Position numbers and translations under genes: made by a program. DNA of 64,000 nt, taken from the NCBI GenBank assembly GCA_019704295.1, contig AP024596.1, positions 928,001-992,000 on the forward strand, written 5' to 3'. Below are positions 55,816 to 64,000 of this stretch, in pieces. How positions within the stretch are numbered: position 1 is the first letter of the stretch; each line of letters begins with the position of its first letter. The notes under the pieces were generated by a model. The model was given only the letters and a program-made list of their open reading frames with translations. It had not been told where the DNA came from and did no database searches. This DNA comes from Sulfolobales archaeon HS-7 (lineage in GTDB: Archaea > Thermoproteota > Thermoprotei_A > Sulfolobales > Sulfolobaceae).

Positions 55816-55935
55816 AGTATATATGTTTGTTTTTATTTATAATAATAATTAGTTTTACTATAAATGATACAGTTTCAAGTAGAGGTGTAGATTTTCCGTC
55901 TTACGCGAAAATTATACACTTTCTTCGACTCTAGA

Positions 55936-56300
55936 TAGCATGTAATGTGTAATACTATTTAGTTAATTTATTAACTAAATTTTTATAGTAAGAGTAAGCA
56001 ATACGTAGCTCAGTTAGAGAGGTAACATTCTTGATCAGGATCACGAGAGATTAAACTCCTTTATCAACCTCTTATGTTTATAATATCTTGTGGTACCCTT
56101 GGTAAACAATGATCACAATGGACTAAAAAGGTCTTACTTAGCCTTGATTCTCGAAAAATACGTGATTACTCACTAATACTTAATAACTGACTTTATATAA
56201 TTTCTCATTTTATAATTAAATCTATTTCATTCTTAATATATCTATTCTATAATTTATTATTTTATTTAGCTATTTATCTTTATTATATACTAATGTATTA
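55936..56300 (+). repeat. family A repeat (diverged)
   Basis: TTTATTAACTAAATTTTTAT, GAGAGATTAAACTCCTTT and CTAGCCTTGATTCTCGAAAAAT shared with other copies. Confidence 0.8.
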
Positions 56301-56439
56301 TTACTTAATTAATCTCCTAAAATAGAAGTCAATGTTTCCCTACTTTAATCGAAATTTGGTTAATTTCTAACTCTCTTGAGCGAGATTTTTCCATATTTTA
56401 GAAATTGTCCCATTTTTAGTAAAATTGATTAAGCACGAA

Positions 56440-56568
56440 AGCAAGGGAGTTTAATCTCTTGTAATTTTCTTACATTACTGTTTTAATTATATGTAATAAG
56501 ATGAATTATTCCTATATACCAAAGTTTAGTTAATAAAGTAAATAACATTTACTCTACATTAACACCGC
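56440..56568 (-). repeat. family A left-end copy (inverted)
   Basis: Reverse complement contains TAAATGTTATTTACTTTATTAACTAAA and AATTACAAGAGATTAAACTCC. Confidence 0.75.
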
Positions 56569-56719
56569 CACTGTTTCCTAAATTGTCCTATCTTTAAAAA
56601 TAACGTAATACCATCAATTACATCTACAGCAAGGGGCTTAAAGCAATCCTACTCATGTGCTGATAACTGTAATAGCTTTTATAGAGGTTAACCTTCCTTA
56701 TATTTGTAGAATATTTGGC

Positions 56720-57475
56720 CTACTTATGTCCGCGATTTTCAGAACCAAACATGCTAACTATCTTATTTAAGGCGTTTCTCATATTCTCTATACCACTTAG
56801 TTTAGTTGCGAACTCATCGGCCTCACTTTCCATTGTTAGATTTACCTCTTTGAATATTGCATACGAGAATGGGTTTACTGAATAAAGGGGGAGGAATATA
56901 TACAGCATCATTTTCTTCCTGGTATGATGAAGTCTTATATGGGCATATTCGTGAAGTATGACTGCCCTTACTTCCTCTTTTTCCATTGACTCCAGTAAAC
57001 CTACCGAGAGAATAATAATTGCTCTCCCTAGTAACGAAAACGAGTAGGCCAACGGCTTTCCACTATTTATTACTCTTATACTTACTTTGTCGAGATCTTG
57101 ATTAATCACGTCCTTAACATAAGCCGAAGTTGAAGGGTCTCTAATCATAACATTAAGTAGGGTAACTCTAAATATTATCAACCTTGTTATGAGAGATATC
57201 CCAACAACTACCGCTAGTATAAAGGCTGGATCGTGCAAATATACTCGCCTTATAAAAATCTGTGCCCAAAGGTATTCGTTTATTTTTCTCCCTATTATGT
57301 TGAGTATAAGGAAAATAGGTTTAAACTCCTCGGTTAGGAGAGGTAACGAGGATACTATAAACGAAAAAATTGTGAAAATATGCCTCTTAATAAAATAAAA
57401 ACCTAAAAAAATCGAGACTACATATGCAATGATAAATTGGGGTGGGAATATGTGTAGGAAAAAACTAGGGTGCAA
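56720..57475 (-). CDS. BlaR1-like membrane zinc peptidase (M56/M48)
   Basis: TM helices, AVILHEYAHI, ESEADEFA. Confidence 0.88.
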   Translation of the reverse strand: MHPSFFLHIFPPQFIIAYVVSIFLGFYFIKRHIFTIFSFIVSSLPLLTEEFKPIFLILNIIGRKINEYLWAQIFIRRVYLHDPAFILAVVVGISLITRLIIFRVTLLNVMIRDPSTSAYVKDVINQDLDKVSIRVINSGKPLAYSFSLLGRAIIILSVGLLESMEKEEVRAVILHEYAHIRLHHTRKKMMLYIFLPLYSVNPFSYAIFKEVNLTMESEADEFATKLSGIENMRNALNKIVSMFGSENRGHK

Positions 57476-57824
57476 TTTTTTCTAACCTCCTTCTCAATTC
57501 CTCAATATCCTTACTACCTAAGATAGAAGCGATCAATGGATCTTCTAATTTTTCAATAACCCCCTGGACAGCCTTTCTTAGTAACTCTTTAGCAAATTCT
57601 TCCTTACTGATTCTGGGATAATACACGTATCTCAATCCACCGTCCTTAGTCAGGTACCTCCCTACTAAGCCCTTGTGATAAAGTCTATCAAGTATCGTTG
57701 ACACAGTTGTGGGAGCTATATCCCTCTCTTTCTTCAACTCATCATAAACGTCCTTAACGTATACCTTGTTTTTTTGCCAAACTACATCCATTATCTTTTT
57801 CTCTAAATCCCCTAGTTCACTCAT
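57465..57824 (-). CDS. BlaI/MecI/CopY family repressor
   Basis: LGDLEKKIMDVVW, TTVSTILDRLYHKGLV. Confidence 0.93.
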   Translation of the reverse strand: MSELGDLEKKIMDVVWQKNKVYVKDVYDELKKERDIAPTTVSTILDRLYHKGLVGRYLTKDGGLRYVYYPRISKEEFAKELLRKAVQGVIEKLEDPLIASILGSKDIEELRRRLEKIAP

Positions 57825-57911
57825 GTTTTGATGTACTCCAGTCTCTTTCCACAGTATTATATCTTACCTTTGAGAATATACTAAGTTCGATTTGATCGTT
57901 TCATCTCGTGA

Positions 57912-59177
57912 CAGTGTCTAATGCACAATAAATGTAATCTACTTTATTAACTAAATTTTTATGAGAAAGACAAATTCAAAGAACTTACATGGAAGGGTAA
58001 TACTTAAGGGGGATTACACCTAGATTATACCGTGGTTCAGATTTATTCCGACGTAATCCCCCAAGAGTTGGGTTGGAAGAGTAAATATCTTTTGGAGTGC
58101 GAGGAAATCCTGAGTGAGTTAGAGGACGTAATTGAAAGGGAGTTCAAGGATCACGAGTTCTCCAAGTACTAACGTGGTCTACTTGAAGATGATGATCGTG
58201 AGAGTGCTTTTCAAAGAGTCGTATAGGGGAGTAATTGTGCTAGCGGTTACCAATGAAGTGGTCAAGGTTTTCCTCGGCGTTAAAGAGGTTCCCTCGAGGT
58301 CCTCTTGAACTGGTTTGCGTACGAATACGAAGATAGAATAAGGGATCTGCTCCTCAAGGTCTTCAGGCGATTAGAGTCGCGAGTTAACGAGGAGCAACTT
58401 CCACCACTTCCCAGCGAAGGAGAAGTTCGGAAGGCAAAGGTTGATAGCTTTCCCGTGGAGCCTCCTCACGGGGAAAAGAGCGTGGAAACGCACAGAAACT
58501 TGTACTGGATCTCAGGGAAATTGATCCAAGGAGGAAACCTCATGAAGTACTTGCGACGCTCGATGAGAGGAAAAGGGATCAACTCTTTTCTCTCATTTCC
58601 GAGAAATTACACCCTTGGGGACATGAGGGAAGCTGGGGAAAGAAGTGAGGCAGAACTTGGTTCGGAGGGAAGTGCTTCGCCGGGTTCTCCTTAAGACCCT
58701 CATGGTTTGCAAGGTTAAGATAGTTCCAGCCAAAGTTTCAACTTTAAGTCTCCCGTCTGCAACGTGATCACGCTTGTAGACAGAGGGTTTGTAGAGAAAG
58801 GCAAGGTGATCAGAGTCAAGAGGGGCTTGGAAATACTGAGAGGTGGTGTAGAGTTCTTTGACACTTTCCTCAGAACATGAGGCCTTACGCGAGGAGCATA
58901 AGGGATTGAACGTCTTTGCCAACCTCTTGGGCCTAGCCTACAATATTCAGCGATTTAGGTCCATTAACAAACGTTAAAATCTCCACTTAAAACCCGGCTA
59001 GAGAAGCTCGTCCCTAGCCTTGATTCTCGAAAAATCGAGATTACTTGCAAGTGTACTTAATAAACTAGTTTTATATTGTTTCTTCACTAGTAATTAAGCG
59101 AATTTAATTCTAGATCTACGTGTTTTATAACTTTTTACTTTATTTAGTTATTCACTTTAATTATATATTGGACACTG
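57912..59177 (+). repeat. family A repeat interrupted by an IS
   Basis: Starts CAGTGTCTAATGC, ends ATATTGGACACTG, both flanked by TCTCGTGA. Confidence 0.8.
58004..58990 (+). mobile_element. decayed IS5-like (ISC1234/ISC1290-type) element
   Basis: Higher-GC frameshifted transposase (ELGWKSKY, YLKMMIVRVLFKESYRG, VDSF), TTAA at both ends; family assignment tentative. Confidence 0.65.
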
Positions 59178-59185
59178 TCTCGTGA

Positions 59186-59545
59186 CACTATTTAGTATGT
59201 AATTAATGTTATTTACTTTAAAAACTAGATTTTGAGGATGTAGGAATAACCCCCTTACACTACTCAATTATGAGATAGAAGAGAATTACAAGAGATTAAA
59301 TTTCTCTGCCAACTCCCTAAGCTTGAAATATCCAGTGTTACACTCTGTAAACTTTGAACTCATCGTAGAGGAAATTTAGATGTTAGTTTTGATTCTTGAA
59401 AGATATACAATTACTTTTGATTATATCCAATGTAATAATTTTATATTATTTCCTTCATTTAGTGAAGCGAATTCAAACCTAGATAGACGTGCTTTAAAAC
59501 GTTTAACTTTATCTAGTTATTTATATTAATTACGCATTAGACATT
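59186..59545 (+). repeat. full family A repeat (360 bp)
   Basis: Arm CACTATTTAGTAT to GCATTAGACATT, followed by TTCGTGA. Confidence 0.85.
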
Positions 59546-59755
59546 TTCGTGAGACTGTAATTGGAGCAGGAGCATATCATATCTACCTTCGCTTAGGAGC
59601 CTCGGTAATGCTTACTATCTCAGTGAGTCTCATCTACATATTTAGCTGCGGGTCAACTTAGACTTAGGCAAAGAGGGAAATCATCCTCGCGGATCTTCCG
59701 CTTACTTAATCACCTATTAAGATAAACTATTATTTACTTTCATAGCAAGAAAAAT

Positions 59756-60019
59756 TCATTGTATTAAACGGAGGATCTCCTCTAAAACTGATTGCGGAAA
59801 GTTTTGGACTCTCTTTACGATCTCTACAACCGAATCAAAGGATGTAAATGTATAAACTTCCTTTCTCCCGCCGTCCTCAATTACCTCCAAAACTACCTCC
59901 TTCATTGAGTTTTCAGTTAAAATTCTATACCCTATCAAATATCCATCCTTTATAGGATATTCCTTCTTTACACCAGACTGGTCAAAATACTCCTTCTTAA
60001 ATCCCTCAACCGATATCAT
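59756..60019 (-). CDS. hypothetical protein
   Basis: 87-aa ORF with an upstream TATA-like sequence. Confidence 0.65.
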   Translation of the reverse strand: MISVEGFKKEYFDQSGVKKEYPIKDGYLIGYRILTENSMKEVVLEVIEDGGRKEVYTFTSFDSVVEIVKRVQNFPQSVLEEILRLIQ

Positions 60020-60547
60020 AGTATAGTATATGTCTGTACTCCGGTATAAGCTTGTTTATTAATGTATTTGACTACAATTAAAATAACTTAAACTTCTAGC
60101 CGAACTGATTTGATAAATACCTTTTTCCACAGCTTAAATTATTCAAGAGTAGTAAAGGTCATCATTCAAACTAAATTACTTGCATTCAAAGAACATTCCT
60201 CCCCGGTTCATGATTATATATGTTCCAATAAGAAGGAGGCAAAGCTCTATTAACATTAAGGAGGGCTCTATTGCTATCTATTTTAGAATGCCTAATGCCG
60301 TTCTAGAGTGTAAGGAATTAAGTAAATACAAGCACATCCCAAAGTCGACGCATAATCTTAAGGTATGTACCATTAATTCTAAATTAAATCAAAGCGTTTT
60401 AAGATACAGTTTATCTTTATATGATTTCATTAATAAAAACTTTATGGATACAGGGTTATTTTTTATTAACATTTTACAAGTCTAAACCATAAAATACTTT
60501 CGCACATGCCTCATTTTATTTTAGGAAAGTCTCAGTATCGAAGAAAC

Positions 60548-61018
60548 ATGATTAAGAAATGTAGAAAAAGTAAAAATAGGTTCGGTATATCCTCTATCCT
60601 TGGAACGATTATAGTGATAGCGATTACTGTAGCTTTAGGAGGTCTTCTATATACATATAGTAAGGGATTATTTCAATCAATGTCTCAGAATTCTCTATAC
60701 GAGGCGTCGGCGCAAATAGTAGTAAATCCAGACTCAAATGTAGCTTTGCTAGAATATAGTATTCAAAATACTGGAAATACTCAGTTTTACTTACAGAAGA
60801 TAGTGATATTAAGCACCTCGTCTGGTTCACAATCATCCTCTAACGTTTCCGTTAAGATCACTCCTCAGGTTATTCAACCAGGTCAGACTACGGAAAACGT
60901 TACAACGATAGTCGGGAACGTAACGGCGGGTAATTATTATACTGTCATATTTTATATAACGATGCCTAATGGAAAAACCCTAACCTCCACTGAGAACGTA
61001 TTAGCTACAATAAGCTAA
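60548..61018 (+). CDS. type IV pilin, UpsA-like
   Basis: Class III signal peptide KNRFG/ISSILGTIIVIAITVALGGLLY. Confidence 0.85.
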   Translation: MIKKCRKSKNRFGISSILGTIIVIAITVALGGLLYTYSKGLFQSMSQNSLYEASAQIVVNPDSNVALLEYSIQNTGNTQFYLQKIVILSTSSGSQSSSNVSVKITPQVIQPGQTTENVTTIVGNVTAGNYYTVIFYITMPNGKTLTSTENVLATIS

Positions 61019-61037
61019 CTAACGGGAGGAGTAATTA

Positions 61038-61421
61038 GTGAAAGGGGTTTCTGAAGTTCTAGGAAGCATCATAACACTAGCCGTACTATTAGCACTACTC
61101 TCACCATTATTATATTATTTTTTCTCATATACAAATATTACTAGTGTTGCAATAAACAATGATATAAGTATTGATAGATCGGCAATATTAACATGTCTCT
61201 CCATAATAGTTTTGGGAAATACCTCTAGCGAAGTGTTTCTGTATAACTATGGAAATATAGAAATACATATAACTAGAGTCGTACTAAATGATCGCCTCCT
61301 TACTACCGATTACACTATCCAACCACATAATATCGTCAGGTTATCATCAATGATAGGAGATATGAAAATATCGACCCCAATAATAATATATGCAAACAAT
61401 ATAATTATTTCCTCTAATTGA
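61038..61421 (+). CDS. type IV pilin, UpsB-like
   Basis: MKG/VSEVLGSIITL; YNYG motif; RBS GGAGG. Confidence 0.82.
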   Translation: MKGVSEVLGSIITLAVLLALLSPLLYYFFSYTNITSVAINNDISIDRSAILTCLSIIVLGNTSSEVFLYNYGNIEIHITRVVLNDRLLTTDYTIQPHNIVRLSSMIGDMKISTPIIIYANNIIISSN

Positions 61422-61433
61422 ATTTTTTAATTA

Positions 61434-62315
61434 CTAAGTTATTAGCTGAAAAGTTATCCTTTCTGCTCTGTCTAAGTTAATCTCCATCATGTTTTCCCTT
61501 TCGTATAATCTACCCTTAATGAAAATCCTTGTACCTTCCTTTAATTCTGAATACCTAATTCTATAAGACGTGAGTAAATAATCTCCAGCTTTATAAATAA
61601 GGGGCATAGAAAAAGGGCGTAAACTCTCATCGATATTAACGATCCCCTCAAATTGATAACTCCTTAATACGGGTTTAAAATGCACGCATTGCACTATTTT
61701 GAAAGTATAAGGTGTTTCTTGATATACTCCTTCCAAATATCGTTTTCTCTTGAGAAATAACATGTCATCTTTACCCATTCCCTCTATTTCATCATATCTA
61801 ACATAAGATAGGGGTGACGTGATTCCCATTTCCCTCAATCTCACTAGTTTGTTATAATTTTCAGGATTAAATGATATTAAATCAATATCATTTCCTTCTC
61901 CCTTGTATAACAGACTTCCGGTTATTCCCACGTCTTTAAAATACATTGTAAACTCCGTCCTTGAAGTGATTTCGAACGGATCGAGAACTTCAGCATCTGC
62001 TGTAGGTACAGCGGGTACGTATTCTCCTATATCATCGAAATACGTTACCAACTTAGGATACTTTATCCTCACGATTTTCATTCCATCTGCTAAGGTCTTA
62101 ATTTTCTCTCCAGTAGCAATATTGTACCTTGGCATACCTATTATGTAGTCATCCGGTTGAAAGCATCCCTTTACCGCCCATATATATTTGTCATATTTTA
62201 TCATGTAACCTTCTACAGGCTTATCATTTGGATACACCCTATAACCACACCTGCTCAAATCTGTCTTCAAACGCGTGTTTAGAAAGCTTTCCCTCAATTG
62301 GTATCTTGTTATCAC
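61434..62315 (-). CDS. predicted nucleotidyltransferase-like protein
   Basis: GITGSL...DIDL motif; start uncertain. Confidence 0.65.
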   Translation of the reverse strand: MITRYQLRESFLNTRLKTDLSRCGYRVYPNDKPVEGYMIKYDKYIWAVKGCFQPDDYIIGMPRYNIATGEKIKTLADGMKIVRIKYPKLVTYFDDIGEYVPAVPTADAEVLDPFEITSRTEFTMYFKDVGITGSLLYKGEGNDIDLISFNPENYNKLVRLREMGITSPLSYVRYDEIEGMGKDDMLFLKRKRYLEGVYQETPYTFKIVQCVHFKPVLRSYQFEGIVNIDESLRPFSMPLIYKAGDYLLTSYRIRYSELKEGTRIFIKGRLYERENMMEINLDRAERITFQLIT

Positions 62316-63297
62316 AGAACTTACACCGCATGTCCTCGGTTAAGTTCCATGATAAGATTCTAAACCCGTTCCTTCTAATTACTTCTCTTCCGCAGTTATG
62401 ACAATAGGTGTTCTCGAACGGGTGGCCGGGAACATTTCCAAGGTATACGTAATTAAGACCTTCCTCCTTAGCAACTTTATAATGTGCTTCCAATAAAGGT
62501 ATGGGAGTATGGGGGATTCCCATCAACTTATAATCTGAATGAAACCTCAAGAAATGTAATGGTGTATCAGGACCTAATTTATCTACTATAAACCTTGCAA
62601 GTCTTCTGGCGTTTTCTAAACTGGCTCCTATCTCAGGTATAACAAGATCGGTTATTTCAACGTGAATTCCAGCTTTCTTTAAACCCTCAGCCGTTTCGAA
62701 TATAGGCTCCGGCCCAGAAGCACCGACATATCTTTTCAAGAATTTTTCATCTCCATTACCCTTAAAATCGATTGTTGCCGCAGATAGGAATTCCCTTAAA
62801 TAGCCTACTAACTCTGGAGTTCCGTATCCATTAGTTACGTATATTGTAAAAATATTATATTTCCTCGCAATTTTCGAAACATCCTGTGCAAATTCCGAAA
62901 ATATTATTGGTTCATTATAGGTGAATGCTATACCATCACTTTCATACGCTCGTGCCATGTCAACTATTTCACTAGGATCAAGCTCTACACCTTCTACTTT
63001 TCGTCGCTGACTTATTTCATAGTTTTGACAGTATGCACACATCCAGGAACAGCCTGTTGTAGAAAAGGAAAATATACGACTACCAGGATTAAAATGAACA
63101 ACTGGTTTTTTTTCAATAGGGTCTATGGCTACAGAAGCTACTCGGCCGTAAACGTCCAAGTATAGACTGCCGTTAATGTTGGTCCTAACTCCGCAGAATC
63201 CTGTTTGCCCTTCCCTGAGAAGACATCGCCTAGCACAGGCAACACACCTCAAAGCGTTTCCTTCACCTCTAATATAAAGTGATGCCTCCTTCCCCAT
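62239..63297 (-). CDS. amrS: AmmeMemoRadiSam system radical SAM enzyme
   Basis: [35 protein letters not shown]. Confidence 0.92.
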   Translation of the reverse strand: MGKEASLYIRGEGNALRCVACARRCLLREGQTGFCGVRTNINGSLYLDVYGRVASVAIDPIEKKPVVHFNPGSRIFSFSTTGCSWMCAYCQNYEISQRRKVEGVELDPSEIVDMARAYESDGIAFTYNEPIIFSEFAQDVSKIARKYNIFTIYVTNGYGTPELVGYLREFLSAATIDFKGNGDEKFLKRYVGASGPEPIFETAEGLKKAGIHVEITDLVIPEIGASLENARRLARFIVDKLGPDTPLHFLRFHSDYKLMGIPHTPIPLLEAHYKVAKEEGLNYVYLGNVPGHPFENTYCHNCGREVIRRNGFRILSWNLTEDMRCKFCDNKIPIEGKLSKHAFEDRFEQVWL

Positions 63298-63421
63298 ATC
63301 TACTCTAATATTGTATCTTGATAATTAAGTACCTTACGTATTACAATTCAAAGTAAAGTGTGTCTTAAGTGGTTAAAAAGCTCAACAGCACTGTTTAGAT
63401 GAAGACATATAAGACTTGAGA

Positions 63422-63786
63422 TAGTGCCCAACGCGTAATTAATGTGGATAACTAGATAAACTAAAAAGTTATAAAACTCATTAGTCTAGAATTAAATTCG
63501 CTTAATTATGTCGAGAGGGAAAATGTAAAATAAGTTTATTAAGTCCAGTCATAAGTAATCACATATTTCTCGAAAAATGAGGTTAAAGAGAGCTTTTCAG
63601 TGTAATGGGTCAGAGATTAACTGAAGGTACCACCTGATGTCTCAAGGTAGGAAAGCTAACAAAGTGGTATAATTACTCCTTGATTGCTCTCTATTATCGT
63701 CATAAATGACTACTATTAAGTGGGTTATTCCTACATCTTAAAATTTAGTTTTTAAAGTAAATTACATTATTACACATTGAAGACTC
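63422..63786 (-). repeat. full family A repeat (365 bp, inverted)
   Basis: AGAATTAAATTCGCTTAATTA and GGGTTATTCCTACATC match other copies; flanked by ACTTGAGA/ACTTGAAA. Confidence 0.85.
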
Positions 63787-64000
63787 ACTTGAAACCACAT
63801 ACCCCTTCAACGTTTTCCGAAGTTTTAAAGAAACTAGTATTAATAGACGTTGAAATGGGCTTGCTTGAATTAAGAGCCCTATATTACCTTCCGATAAATG
63901 GCAAAGAATTCCCTAAATTTCAGGGTATTCTTTATCCTGGTTTGGAACTTGATGTCGGCTTTCTAGAAAAGTCTGTTAAATGTACTTTGTTTAGCGAAAG

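Noticed and set aside
56004-56022. tRNA-like GTAGCTCAGTTAGAG
   Set aside because: No cloverleaf; lies within a family A repeat.
51592-59550. Integrated virus or plasmid at tRNA-Ser
   Set aside because: No integrase and no duplicated tRNA segment; core nob1 and NAD kinase genes follow.
60180-60485. ORF as a possible upsF remnant
   Set aside because: No membrane-protein character; probably spurious.
2215-62401. Many short ORFs antisense to or nested in known genes (e.g. 3847-4230, 10047-10358, 30535-31101, 35231-35557)
   Set aside because: Shadow frames of confidently identified genes.
1-64000. CRISPR array or cas genes
   Set aside because: No regularly spaced 24-25 bp repeats and no cas-like ORFs; the 19-bp duplication after the TnpB-like gene has no spacer.

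Overview
AT-rich chromosomal segment of a Sulfolobales (crenarchaeal) archaeon. Core genes include partial agmatinase, glyS, TFB1, aIF1, methylmalonyl-CoA mutase small subunit plus MeaB, fumC, the divergent pyrEF/pyrBI-K-C-D cluster, rpl3-to-rpl29 (the operon stops after rpl29), psmA, homoserine dehydrogenase, tRNA-Ser(TGA), Nob1 and NAD kinase, UpsA/UpsB-like pilins and AmrS. Intergenic DNA is rich in mobile or repeated sequence: decayed IS630, IS607 and IS5-like elements, an IS630 MITE, and several TnpB-less IS200/IS605-type mini-elements with omegaRNA-like right ends. Two dispersed non-coding repeat families were found by eye. Family A is about 360 bp with 13-bp terminal inverted repeats and 8-bp flanks, giving a 13-8-13 junction when in tandem. 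Family B is about 160 bp. Inverted copies of both bracket small accessory genes. A compact, catalytically intact TnpB-like gene without IS ends is also present. All calls come from motif recognition and manual alignment; no database searches were run.
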